DNA of 64,000 nucleotides, taken from positions 682,001 to 746,000 of the forward strand of contig JAYWIR010000027.1 in the NCBI GenBank assembly GCA_036172245.1, read 5' to 3'. The notes under the pieces are model-generated. The model searched no databases. It was not told where the DNA came from and worked only from the letters and a program-made list of their open reading frames with translations. This stretch comes from Raillietiella orientalis. Lineage: Eukaryota. Made by a program: the position numbers and the translations under genes. This document shows, one piece after another, positions 25,101-47,109 of the stretch. Within the stretch, counting starts at the first letter, position 1; each line of letters starts with the position of its first letter.

Positions 25101-28100
25101 CCCTTAGTGATGATGAAAACTTTTCAGAAGTTTTAAAAGCATTTTGTCAGCATCAAAGTGTTCATTGGCCTCAGTTCTTTTCAGTTATCAAGTGTACATT
25201 TTGTTTGCATTTCTTCCCTAGGTTCATTTTTGCTTAATGTTATAGATTTGCAAAAGGCATTGATTTAAACCAATGAAAAATCGATATTATGGTTGAAATA
25301 GTGATTAGTGTTATTAACTTAAAAAATACATAATGTTTTCATTATTTTGAAATTCATTTTGGAAGCTCCACTTTATTTAGTTCTGTAGTAAAGGCCTGCA
25401 TAATAACCTTTTATTAATGAATTTTAATGAAACCATCAGTTAGACAGTTCTATTCATTGATAAAGCTTAGAATAAGGAATCCAAAGCTGAAGGGAATGTT
25501 TTGCCCATTTGAAAAAGAGGTGTATGTTTGTGTCAATGTCATGATGTGAATTCCTTGTAGATTGTTTTTGTTCTGTTTTCATTTTGCCGAGTTGCCCATG
25601 AGTTATATGCTGTTTCTGAGTTTTCCGTTTTCTATTTAATTTATTGTTGCTACTTAACAACCCAAGATCCATTTTAAACATTTTAATCTTTCAGAGTATA
25701 CTGATGTAACTTCAGTAGATGATGCAACTTCAACTGCAAGATATGGTTCAGTTAGATTATGTGAAATAATGAGAAAAACATTTTCATTATGCTGCATAAT
25801 CGTTATTGGAAGCAATATTTAATTTTGTTTGTTTGTTTTGAATAAAGCGCTTCAATTAATCAATTGGATTTGTATTTCAACTTATTATTTTTGGTGTTGA
25901 AATTCAATCAGTTGTGCATTCTGCATTCATATTTCGGTCAGTTGTTTTGAGTGCCCATTGTAATGTTTTTATGGTATACATAACTCATTAAAAATCACAT
26001 TTGCTTTGCAATCTTATTGAGTCTGGTTGAATGCAAAAATATTGCTACAGGTTATTTGATCGCAGATCTCACCATTTTTTTATCCTGTGCTTTGAGAACT
26101 GATCATTATCACAACTTTTATTCAAAACTTTCCATTTCTTGTTTTGTCTCCAGTTCTGTAGCCTCAGTTTCTAAATCCATATTGTTATTAATGTATGGAA
26201 GCAGTTGAAAAATACAAAATTAATAATGCATTGTGCATTCCCTAAGATTGCTGTAGCTAATTTTTACTGTGGAAACTATGTATTCATTCCTTTTGTTCTC
26301 AGAAATTTAAGAATTCATACTTTGGTTGTTTTTGGTTGTAATAGTGCATACTTTTGAGACCTTGTCAAATCTTTTGTTTTTGTTGTTCTATTTTGTATAT
26401 TTGGTATTTTAAGATACAGCTCTTTAACAGTACTCCTCCTCCATGTAGTCAGTCACCTGTAGTTGCTCTAATTATCTGCTAATGTTTCCATATTGAAATC
26501 AGCGTTTACATCATATGTTCCTTGTTAAACATCTGCTTTCATGAATGTTAATGTTAACAAAATCAACAGATAAAGCACTTTGAGGATTTTGCAAAACCTC
26601 ATACAAATAAAATATTGTTAAGAAGCCATATTCCATTAACAAAATATGGCATTGCGAGCAGCACAATTCAAAATGGTTTTGAAAAGCATATTTATGGTAG
26701 AGTATGCTTTTCTGGTTGGTATCATCCTTAAAGTTGAAAAAGCAAACTTTTCCTGATAGTAATTTATATTGACTCAGAATTCTTATTCTGAAGGTGTGCC
26801 AGACAATAGACTCTGATGTGGAAAAGGGTAAATCTCATCATTCATCCCAAAAGCAACTTTTGGAAGAATTGATGGAAGTCCAAGAAAAAATTAATAAACA
26901 GAAGAAAGGATTGGCAACTTCTGTTTCCAATACTCAGCCACTATCTGTGGTAAGTATCTAGGGATCGTTAGTTTATGTGTGCATGTTTTTGCTTGATTGC
27001 CCTGATTTTCCTGCATGTCTCTGACCTTTGCATGTGTAGAGTTCGGGTTGTCAGACCTATTCACCTCCCTACAGCAGCTCACTTAAAGCTTGCAAGCAGG
27101 GCCCCCCTATTCCTGCCAACATCCAGCAGAATTCCCATTTGGCAAACATTCTTACTGATAGGAATGTAAGTACATTGGCCTCTGCATGCAGATGGCTGCG
27201 TAGTTTCTTTAGACAGTTATTCATTTGCACATTTACAGATACCCCCTGTTAGCAGCAATCCTGTACGATATTACCATCAAGTGGGCAATCAAATCATCAG
27301 TCTCTCACCCCAAATGCGACAGCCCATGCGCCAAGTAGCTGATATATCTACATCTGTTTCATCCCAGTTACCTAAGTGTTCTCCACTTGTAATTCAAGTG
27401 CGGACAGCATCTCATTCATCGATCCCCGAACAAACTTCACAACAGAATTCGAAAGTGCTCTGTGGTTCCAAAGAAAATGTCTCCACTATACCTGCAAAAC
27501 CTTTGCGATGCCCAGCCACTGTAAAAATGAGGTATTCATTGCCTAGACCTGCTTTTATTTAATACTTCTTTGTGCAGAATCGAGCAGCAACTGCATCATG
27601 ATCAGGAAGCTGCCTTGCATGCAGACTGCAGTCTACCATTTGCAAATCGGCAAGATATGTGCCACCGTTTATTACCTTATCATGTGTTCCATGAGCCATC
27701 ACTCAGTGATCTTGAGTTGCATGCAGCTGATGCTATGTTCGAAGCTTCAGCCGCACAGTTGTTGCACCGTCACCAACAGATGCTCCGGAAGTATCAATAC
27801 CTCCTCCTAAGAGAGAGCCAGGTGAGAATAGTAATGAGTGGTCATGGTGTAGTGGGTTGTTCTCCATTAAAATGCATAGAAACAAGTAACTTCTGCTGAA
27901 AGGGTTATGGTGGAGCGTATGTGGGTCAGTGAAGAACGATATTTGCTGGCTAAAGACAGAGAGCTCGTGTCACAAGGTCAAGGTAATCTCTGAAATTATT
28001 GTCATGTGTATGGTTCTAATGGGAGCACAGTACTTCAACTACCTCCTTTGCCTGCTCACTGGAAAAGTGTAGTGCTACCCACAGACATTCAGGAACAGAT

Positions 28101-28377
28101 TGTCAGTCCATCATCCAGTTGCACGCCAAAAACAGGTGGAGAGTTTCTTGATGAACTGAGTAGTCTCAGAGGCGGTGGATCTCCATTTGGTGGATCTGAA
28201 AGTGAGGAGGAAGGACTGGATGCCCAAACCAGACATGCTATTAGCAGTATTCTGGTGCAGCACAGTGATGAGGAGGAAGGGGAATCTGCTGGTTTCCCAG
28301 AAACTCCATCATATAATGGTGTGTTGTCTGATTATGACTCTGATTTGGACGAGGCTGTACGCAGCATTTTGATGTGA
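19137..28377 (+). CDS. BICRA: BICRA/GLTSCR1-like ncBAF (GBAF) subunit, about 1450 aa, 12 coding exons
   Basis: Spliced N-terminus MDDGERCLLDVINDPFALESFL resembles the BICRA start (MDDEDGRCLLDVICDPQALNDFL). C-terminal GLTSCR1 domain: IEQQLHHDQEAALHADCSLPFANRQDMCHRLLPYHVF...LRKYQYLLLRESQKQVTSAERVMVERMWVSEER. The middle is S/P/Q-rich and includes RPIQPKP. Phase-consistent GT-AG exons: 19137-19174, 19381-19417, 19487-20419, 20505-20668, 20719-21211, 21255(or 21276)-22697, 26794-26949, 27040-27165, 27239-27531, 27578-27821, 27880-27982, 28031-28377 (sum 4377 nt). Confidence 0.92.
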
Positions 28378-28689
28378 CAGTATTGCCGATTTCCAAGCAA
28401 CATGTGATATCCCTCCTTGTGCCTCAGCAGCTGCCAAGCAATAGCGTATTTATTTATACTTTCTTGTAGATACAAAATATCCTAGCAGAATACTCTTGTC
28501 CTGATTTTCATCATGTGAAATGATGCAGTTTTAATGTCGTGTGCCCACCAGTTTTCAAGCTTGTCTGGACACAGATAGCTTGTAACACGGCATTCTAATA
28601 TATTAGACAAATTTCATTTTGGAAAGCCATATTTTTATTATACAAGTAGGAATGTATTCATGAAAAATATATTCGCAAAATGCTGTTTT

Positions 28690-29600
28690 ATTCTAGTTTT
28701 CCATTGATGTGTTGATAGAATTCGGTTCGAAGCAACAGAGTGCGTGGTTTTGTGGCATTTTCGTTAGGGAGAGTTTCAGTTTGAGGAACGACCGTGGCTG
28801 AGTGAGTCGCGGGCGTAGTTCGTGGTGTATCGAACCGTGCCAGCGCAGGCTCGAAGCGTCCGCACATGTCGCGATGTTCTCGAAGGTGTTTTGCAGTTCC
28901 TTATCATTCGATGTGCTGAGGGACCCGCGTCGCGCGCCCGGGACCGGGACTCGACCTGCGCCACAACTTGGCGACAAACAGTATCGGAAAATACCAATGA
29001 GCAAGGCCTCGGGGTACTTTCATTCGGTCTCGGGTTTCCTCGGTCAGAGGGGGAAAAGAGAGAAAGAAAGGAAAAAAGCATAGGAATCGGTGCTTCCCCC
29101 CCCCTCCCCTCGTTTTCGAAGCTTATGCGTGCGGGGCTCGCCCTTTCAGATCAGTCGGCGCTGTTGCGATGTGAAGAACGAATTTCTTGTTCGGTGCTTC
29201 GTCGGGATAGCAAGCGGACACGCAGTGGTGTTGCAGGGAGAGAAGCAGGTTGTGTTGTTGTTGATCCCTGTAAGCATCGAAAAGAAACGGTGAGCGATCG
29301 AAGCAGGGTGACTCTTGTAGCGTGTCCAAGGTTTCATGCTCCGGCATCTTCCCTGCTTCTGTAGAATGGCTTTTTAGGCACGCAGCGGGGCGAATGGATG
29401 CATGGAATTGCCACGAGGCTGAACTGACCGGCAGGAATCGGTTTCTTAGGATTTCCATCTGATGAGTCTTTGGGTTCGAAGAGTTTGCCGGTTGTTGGCG
29501 GCGGCGGCCACGCAGTGCGGCTGCTAACCGAAGCGCAATCCTCGCCGGACGGGGTGTGGCGCACGCCGTCCCCCGTGGCATCGAATCTGCTTGTGTCTCA
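28690..29600 (-). mobile_element. Decayed NeSL/Utopia-like RT fragment
   Basis: PEHETLDTLQES...HNLLLSLQHHCV, then KELQNTFENIATCADASSLRW (LQ..L......A...GL.F). Confidence 0.45.
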
Positions 29601-30699
29601 GCAGCTTCCTCGACTGCATCATGCGGTCTTTTTTTTTTTCATGCTCCCTTTTTTTCTTTTGCAAAAAAAAAAAAAAAAAAAGGCTCTTGCGTATTTCTTT
29701 GTACGACTTCTTCCTCACCCGATCAACGTCTTGTAATTTTTCAGTGTGGGCAGTTGGAAGTTTGGGGCTCCCTGTTGCAAGGCATCATCTGTTGGAAATC
29801 CTTGCTGCTGCCCTTTTTGTTGTTGTCTCCCGAACGATTCGTTTGCATCTCCGAAGAAGAATCCGCGGAAAGTTCGCTGTAGCCGACATCGGTTTGATTC
29901 CGTTTCTCGTTCGCGCGCTTTTATTTTTGTAGGTAAGTGGGCATATGAGGCTATTCTGGCTTTGCTTCTCTTCCTGTTTTCCCGTGTTCAGTATGTGGAA
30001 AGCACACTTTCAAATGCATTTATCAGGATAGGTTTCTCGTCGGTTTTAGGGAAGGGACACAGAACGGTGTTGTCGGCCCGGTTATTCTCGAACACCACGG
30101 CTTCCCAAACTGTTTACTTGGATCTGTGAACTGTGAGCTGCAGCTTCCGATTTGCGTTAAGATTCGTCGTTCAGACGACGGGAGTCGCCAGCACTGATCA
30201 AGCCGTTCTCGTCGATTAAGGAAAAAAAAAAGAGAAGAGAAGCGTTTAGAGTGAACACCAAGTTCAAGAGAATACTTCTGATGGAAGCGGATTGGGCTCT
30301 GCACAAAAAAAATCATCAGGTCTTTAAGTGAGCGCGCGCGCACACACACAAACGCGAATAGCACACTTGTAGTTGCACACACTTAAAAACAATAAACGGG
30401 AGCAACACAAGAACAACAACTCAAGAAGAACGTTACCTTGGAAGCAACTGGTTAGGGCGAGTCTTTTCTGGAGAGTCGACGAAGAGCGAAGAGTTCATCC
30501 GCCGTGGACGAGTCGGAGAGGATCCTCGTTATCGAACTGCAGTTTTGTTTCTGCATGTTAACGTGCCCCCCCCCCCCCCCCGTGCATTTCTTATCGTGAG
30601 CCAAAATCCAAGAACATCCAATGTGGGAACAAAGTGAAAGCCCAAGACTCTTCTGGAAGCGACTGAAGTAGATCCGACTCGATTCTCAAAATTGAAAGT

Positions 30700-31400
30700 T
30701 CAAGGGACTGGAGAGATAATGATGGCATAATGGATTAGTCGAGTCGGAGATTAGAGAGTGGTCGTGGGGGGACAAGGATTCCGGGGGGAGGGGGGAGAAA
30801 AAAGAGATGGAAACATCTGAAATGTGTATTGTGAGGGTTACCACGAATCCGAGGCTTTGTAACGAAAAAAAGTGCTCTTACACTTAACGTACAAAATGAT
30901 AATAATAGTGATGCGAAGAAACGCTTCACTAATTTTTTTATGCACGTGTAATAAATGCCATATTCCAGGTTCTTCACGAATTAAGCTCCTTTGCGAACGT
31001 TTTCGACCTATCGCATTGCCCTTCCCGTTTATCCTTTGTATCTCTCGTGCGGTTTAAGTGTCGAATGAGCTAATTGTACACAGAGAAATCCAAATGCCCT
31101 CGTGGAGAATCGTCAGTCTGCGTGCACTTCGTGTTTCACGTTGGTTTGCCAAGGTGTGACGCCCTTTGGGTGTGGACGAGGGTGGTAAGTTTTCCGGCGC
31201 GAGTGCGCACCCGGGATCTGTGCATCTCCACCATCCACAGCTGGGATCTCTGTTCCGTCGGATCTTACCCTCTTGTACAGTTTTCGAATCTCCTGTTTGA
31301 AACTCGGCCTTAAGCTTGGTGCACGCACACTTGCAGCTCGGGAATGTTCAGGCAGCCCACGCAAACCTCGGTTTCTTACCTGCCTCCTTGCTGATTCCTG
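30700..31400 (-). mobile_element. Decayed Utopia-like pre-RT fragment
   Basis: QEIRKLYKRVRSDGTEIPAVDGGDAQIP parallels RIQ.LYR.NR..A.REI......C.IP. Confidence 0.4.
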
Positions 31401-32229
31401 CTGCCCAACTGCTCCCTTTCAGTCCTCGGGAATCATCCGTGGCGGCGGCCATGGAGTCCTCACGGACCATCACGCCCCCCTCGCGTGATGCTGGATTGTG
31501 AACGATTGAGGACCGGTTGCAGGAAGGACGCTGAAGAGGAACCTTTCTCGAAAAGCTCAGCACCACGAATCGATCAGTCGCTCAAATTTTTTCTGTATCC
31601 GCTTTTTTGGAAAACCTTTACAAACGAGTTGAAGGAAGGTTGGGGGAATTCTTTTATGTTTTTAGAGAATTTGTTTTTTGTTTTTTTGGAGATCGAGCAC
31701 CTCAGTCAAAGCGACACTTGTTTTCTTGTGTGTGTGTGCGTGTGTGTGTGTTTTGTTTCGCCTGCGGCGAAAAGAGATCGATGTAGCCGTGTCAGACATT
31801 AGAAACCATCATACTCCAATTGATTTTCTCGCAAAAACTGCCGAATCAATTCGCGCTACTTTCTATGCGTCCACCAAAAAAAAGAAAAAAGAACGTCAGC
31901 GAATCACAGTTCGGCTCGGCAAGAGTGCACTGAGAATGGAAAGCAATGTTCTTTCACGCACTTCACTTTTTTCCACATTTTTTGGCAAGGGCGCCATGGC
32001 AGCGAAACCTTCAAGAGAACACTGAACTTTGGGAACGCTTTTCTTTTTCTTCTTCTGCCAAAGTTGCAAGCGTGTCCACTCGTCATGATGGACACGCGCA
32101 TATCTGACAGCGCAAGAATTCCGTTTCAGGATGGCAAATAAAGACGGCCGACTCGGCGATGTATTCGTCTCGTTTCCGTTTCCGTCGTCTCTTCCACGAG
32201 ACTTTTTTTTCCCTTTCAGGCACGAACCG

Positions 32230-34350
32230 CTAAATCAGAGAGATAAGATTTCGGATTGCCTCATCAGCACTCCTCACAACTGGCCAAATACTTTGGTAGA
32301 TGTGCGGTGAAATAACTCCGTTCCAACACTCCAAAGGCAGTCCTGTCGTCTCACCCTTGGAAGTTTTGAACCCCCTCCAAATGGGTGGTGGTCCAGAAAG
32401 TTCCGAAACTGACGCCGTCTCCTTCAGCTGTTCTTTCAGGGGGAAACACTCATTTTTGACTTGGACAACGAGGAGCCCGAGAGCCAGCGAGAGGCCCATC
32501 CCAGTTTTTCGACCAGTCTCGCCTAGCAGATCATCATCTCTGCGTCCAGACATCCGGGGAAATTGACGTCAGAGAAACGGAGCTTCGAGGTTGCGCTGAA
32601 TGGGTTATTGCTCCCCCTCGACAAGAATTGGTGCCACCGCCCACCGTGTGACGCTCGGCGGCCTTGCAAATGCGGCAGCATCACTCAAATAAAACAGAAA
32701 AGTCTTTCACCATTAGCGATGCAAACGATCCCCTCATCGCCGGTAAAGACTTTGCTGCGACCGCGAGCAGGGCGCAGGTGAACGACTCCTGCGAAAACGT
32801 TCAGTAGTTCACGGTCGTAAATTCTTTTTGGTTGGTCTGCAGGGAATGAAATCGTAACTTTTCCCATCCTTTTCAGCACGATGAGAGAGAGGGAGAGACA
32901 ATCGGAATTCCCGATCTTTCGGATGCATTTTTTTTTTTTTTTTTTCCTCCAAACGAAGCTTGGAAAACAGGTCGAACTCCTCGACCTTAGAGTTGACACA
33001 TCATGGTCAACGCACTGTCACGAACAGCGCCAACAGTGACCGTTTCCTGAAGCCATAATGACTACCTCGGGAAAAAGCATCCGCGATACAGTCCGAGGGC
33101 AGTTTTCTACTACCTCGTCAGCGAATGAAGGACGAATTTCGTCCTCTGTCCACTTGGGAAAACATTTTCTTGCTGGTTCCTGAATCCCTATTCATACTGG
33201 GCTGCAGGGCAAGCAAAGAATCGCTTGCGTGCGTCATTCCTTGCCTTAAGACGAACTCTTTGGTTCAGGTAGCAGCCGCAAGGTCAAATGCATAGTTTGG
33301 TTTGTGTCATCCTTCTGCTGTCCGATGAAGTAAGACCGATGAGTTGATCTCTTATTCGTTTGGTTCCCATCAACTTATTCGTGATTTCTGATGTGTTCCA
33401 TTTTTCGCATTCACAATTTCATGCTTCCTTAGAAATGATTCCCAGTTACTTCTCCTCTGCTAACATTCATTTTCTTAAATAACTAACAGTTTTGGAAGAG
33501 TAGCGCTCGTTCCCATTATGAAAACCATCATTTGACACTACTCCGGTATTTCTTGATGTCATCCCCACGAAATTCAATACTTCCAGACACTCTCCCTCCC
33601 CCCCATTCGGACGGTCAGCTGCTACGAATTTAGGTTAGGAAACAAAGACGGCAAAAGACAGCATGAATACTAAAAGAGAGACAGATAGCAAAATGAAGCA
33701 TTCAGCCGTGTTCATAGTTGCATTCAGAGTTGATGCTGCGAATCAGAACCTGGTACTCCTTGCGCGCTTCTTCGCAGCCGGTGTGCAGCGCGGAATAACG
33801 CCGCTGGGCTGTGGCTTCCCCGATTCGTGGAATCCATTGAACTGATCTGTACTCTTTCGAGATCCGCCCATTATGCTTGATCTTCCAGGCTCCCTGAAAG
33901 TAACGAATCGCCAGTTTGTTCCGCCCTAAGGACAAACAAAAGCATTCGGCTCATTGTGGTTTCAACATTCAGTTACCTACCTCTGCCCGTATTCAGATTA
34001 TCAAATTTTTTATGGCGTCGGATAAGATACGTCCGTCTTCGGATTTTGCGGTTGCATCGGGTGAAAAAGACGTGCCTTGTGATCATCGAAGGGTTGTTTC
34101 CCTACCATCGTTCTTCTTATCAAATGAGTTTCTTGTCCCTCTGGTAGGAAGCGCGCTCTGGCAACACACTCGTCAACCCAGGGTGCTCACTTTCAGAAGC
34201 ACTCAGTTGAAATTCAAATTGCAAACTCGCTGCAAATCGGCAGCAGAATTATCAGACCTGAAAATGCACCATCAATGTTTGGAATGGGTGGCATGCGAGC
34301 TACGAAATGGGCAACGGAAGCCACAACAGCTCAAAGTCCCGCAAATCCCG
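32230..34350 (-). mobile_element. Decayed Gypsy-type pol (RNase H to integrase)
   Basis: Ordered remnants: PFDDHKARLF (TDHKPL), HNEPNAF (H.NADALS), PSMNRD (WP.M..D), IADAF/FPEVVIM (VDAFSK.PEV..M), GVVHLRPA, WNGVI. Confidence 0.45.
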
Positions 34351-34399
34351 TGGATTCGTAGGCCGAAGAGGAGGAAAAATTTTTGAACGATCCTGTTAG

Positions 34400-34773
34400 C
34401 ATTATCAAGATCCCTGTGAGCTGAACCTTTAAGGGGTCATAAGGATCTGTTCGAATAAACGCAAAACATTCAGCGGTTTCGCGTGTGGGTTTTTTCTTTC
34501 AAGTTTCTTATTTTTCATGTTTTATACTGAAGTACCATTTGAGAGCTCACATCCAGTGATCCTATATGGAAAAGTGAGCTAAAAAGTGACCCACCCTCTT
34601 TGACCTTTCAAGAGGAATCGATCTTCGTTCCAACTTACAATAGCGTGGCTTTTCGATACTTTCAGTTCGGGAATCTAATAAAGATCGGCTATTCACGAAG
34701 TTTACTTGATTGAATCATGAAGATATCTACTTGATCTACAGAAATTTAGTGCGGAGAAAATCGGATCTTCCAG

Positions 34774-34804
<31 letters not shown>

Positions 34805-35250
34805 CCTTCAGTGGCTGGGCTCGAGGAAAAGGTCTCGTTAGATGCTGCCATTCTTTTGAGACGTCTAAGCCTCCTCTTCATGGTTGAATGCAGTTCCTGT
34901 CCACAGTGGTAAAGTAGTGGTCTCACAGCTTCGAGCAACGGTTGGTCTCCGAAATGCCCTACGCTGAGATCAAACCTGCTGTTTAAAGGAACATCAACGG
35001 GAAATGCCCTGGTGCAAAAGCGCCAACGATTTGTTAAACATGTCTTGGTACCGAAAATAGGGACGTGGGGTTGCCGCAGATGCTTCACGGGACTTCCAAC
35101 GCGTGCAATTTGCATTTCTTCGGGTTATTTGGAAGCCAACGGGATATCCGCGCGTCCGGGAGTCTGTCTGTTGTCGTTCCATGTGTGACGTGTCAGGAAC
35201 ACATTAGCGAATATACATGCAGTTCTCAAAACAGAGGAACCGTTTTGTTT
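34400..35250 (-). mobile_element. Decayed NeSL/Utopia-like C-terminus (zinc knuckle + RLE)
   Basis: NRWRFCTRAFPVDVPLN, LLYHC...RRLKRM, RTESIEKPRYCK, FHIGSLD; interrupted by a (CAT)n tract. Confidence 0.6.
34774..34804. repeat. (CAT)n microsatellite
   Basis: Direct reading. Confidence 0.95.
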
Positions 35251-38200
35251 GAAAATGGATAAAACAAACAAAAGAAGAAGAATCATTATCACGATATGGA
35301 TCAAAATAGCTTCCTTCTTTTGCTTGCTTCCCGACATCCTGAATTTCCTTTTCTTGAATCCAGGGTCTTCATCCATTCCTCTTCTAAATCCAGAAAAATG
35401 CTAAAGAGCATGCACAGATCTATCGAAGACTTAAAAAAAAAAAAAAAAATTCATATGTATCCTCGAAACGAGTTGAATTCGTACAGGTACATCCATTTTT
35501 TCCTCTCAAGTTAGTCGAGATTTCAGGAAGCTTGATGCGTTGTGGAATTCGGCATTTCTCATTAAGAGCACGGGTATACGCTCTTTGAAACCTTTACTTC
35601 CTTGAAGGAAGACTCTGGATTTATGATGGCATCACTTGGTATCATAAATCGGACCAAACATACCACATAGCATGCTTCCTGAAACGATCGTTTGATCGAC
35701 TCTGTCTGTGCGGGCATTTTTATGAGCAGGAAATATTCAGTGTTTAGTAGGTTCAAAGGTTGAGCTACCATTATAAGATGAGAAAAAAAAATCGGAAATG
35801 ATGGAGAAAAAAACATACATCAAGATGCTGCTGCATGGGGTTAAAAAAAAGAAAAGAAAAGAAAACACGTCATACATCAAGCGTATCCAGAGAAAATTCT
35901 GAATGGTGTCGTGCCCACACTGGTCCTCAGGAAAAAGTTCAAGCCGTGATGGTGGAGGCATGAAATACAAAACCGGAATAAATTCCGGGAACGGAAGAAA
36001 AAAAGAAATCAGTAACTTCTCCGTCCCCGTAAATTTATTGTTTACGGAGGAGAGGGAATAAATCTTGAAGGATGCTTTGTTTTGATGCTTTGTTTGCAAG
36101 GCAAATGAGAGAGGACGACTGTGTGAATTAATTTACGGATGCAACAAAAAAACACTCACCCGAAGAAGACGAAAGGCTTCAAAATTCAAAGCAATATTTG
36201 CAGGCAGATTGGCTGGGAAACTTCAAGGCGACGCACTAAAGATTGCATGCCAAAAAAAAAAAAAAAAAAAAAATGCCAAGAAATTGATCTGATTCACATA
36301 CACTTTGAAAAAGTGTGCTTGGGTCTTTTCCATAGTCACGAGTCGCATCCTAATTATTTTCATTTTTATACAGATCCGTCCATAAAAATGGGAGTAATTA
36401 CGATACACTTGAAAATTATTTGCTTATTGCCAAAGGGAATTCGAGTTGATTATCCTGGAACACAGGTGGATTTCGAGGATGGTCGCGAGAGAAAGATCTC
36501 AGCAGATTAAGCAGAACTCGTCTCTGGAGATTTGATGAAAACGGGAAAGTGCACTCTGAACTTACTGTAGCCCAAGGCAAACAATTCCGGAAGGTGCAAT
36601 TAATGGGGGTTCACTTGCATTTTCCGGTCGAAACGAGTCCGTCGTTAAAGCAAAAATTAATTTCGATTCTGGCCCGAAAGTGTTGATGTGTGTGTGCCGC
36701 GTGCCACGGAGTGTTCCCTTCGATTTTCTTTTTTGCTGACTGTGTGTTTCTGAATTTAATTTTCCTGCCCGGGTCGCTGACGTTTCCCTGGTTGACCCTC
36801 ATTATGGTCCATTTTCCGTAAATTCGAAATACCGTGAATGCAAATTTGGCGTTACTTATTTAAATACCACTGCAAGCGTTCTTTGACGGTAGGAAACGCA
36901 AGCGTGAGGCTTAAGGGATGACACACATGCACGAAAAAAAAAAAAAGGAAAAGAAAGGCATGCGAACGTTGTTAATGATGGCACAATGTATTGATTTGTA
37001 ACATGTATTTGTTTGTGACTGTTAAAAATTTCGATAAGAATTCGGTTGTACGGAAGTATCTGTCAAATGTGTTTGATGCAACCATATTTTCCAGACGTGT
37101 TAAGACTTGAGCATGCAATTGGAGATACCGGCAGTGCTTAAAACTTACTGAACAACTGTCAGAATGAAAATATATGCAATCCCAATATGAAATGTACTCT
37201 AGGTAATTTCTAGAATTTCGTTATTGTAAGTTCATTTTCCTGCTGCTGGTACAGTCAAAAACCCACGAGTAAGTCCATGATCTTACTCTTATGAAACTAC
37301 CTGCGGGACTTGTGTCACATCTTGGTTCTTCGTGTGCATTAACCGTTTGTGTCCCTTGTTTTTGTAATCTGTCAACTTCAGTTAGATGGTTGTGGTAATT
37401 TCGCTAATCGTAATGCTTATTACGATCTGAAGACTCCATCAATTTTTTGAAAAGTGTAAAGATGCTAGACGTTAACTCGTTCTGCAGTGGGCAAGGTTCT
37501 GAGATAACTTGCAGTGTAAACAGGAGGAAAGCAACACTTGTTTACGGATTTTAATCCCAAACAAATTGTACTGGCATTTTACAAATTGTGACTTTCCAAA
37601 GGAGGAGTAAATATCCCTTTACCCGTCCAAAAGGATTGTGGTTTGATTCGCAGATTCATAGTGGACTGTTTATGGTGAAATTGCTGTAGTGTTTTCCTCT
37701 ATGCCTGCTAATCAATTAAAACTTGTCTTAATACTTTTCAATAAGAGTGTGCACCTTCGGTAAGAATATCGTATTTGTTTCTGCTCTTTGTGTTTGTAGA
37801 CTTCGTAATGAAAGAAAAGTAATAGTAGACAAACCATTAGAGATGAGTTATAATGTAGTTCATCATATACTACAAGATCATTGTTTTGTACCCATTCATT
37901 ACCATTAATCTCAAGTTAAATTCCTCAAAAGCTAATCACACGAACGGCACTTTTGAAGGGTTTTTTTGTACAAATGTTCTCCTTTAGTTTTGCCGTCTGT
38001 ATTGGTTTCAGGCGTAAATCGTAAGATGCCTGTGTACAAGCCTCATTTCTTGAAATTTATTGTACCGAAAGAGTCAGCCTAAAGATTCTCAGAACAGGAA
38101 AGTTGATAGTTCTGAAGTGTGTGTATTAATTGCGAATTTTTACAGGACATTCAGGATCTTTTATAGCATCTTGGTTTTAAGATTCTGGATTGTTGATAAC

Positions 38201-38290
38201 TGAGCAGATATTAACAATTGCATTATTGTAGTTTCAGCTTATCTTTTCGTTAAATGACTACGATTTGAAGTGAAATATTTTCAAAGAAAC

Positions 38291-47109
<8,819 letters not shown>

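Noticed and set aside
25100..25620. C/D-box snoRNA candidates in the BICRA intron
   Set aside because: C-box-like words lack a properly spaced D box with a terminal stem; expected by chance in AT-rich DNA.
34702..35115. ORF with a poly-Asp tract as a host gene
   Set aside because: The poly-Asp is a (CAT)n microsatellite inside a retroelement fossil.
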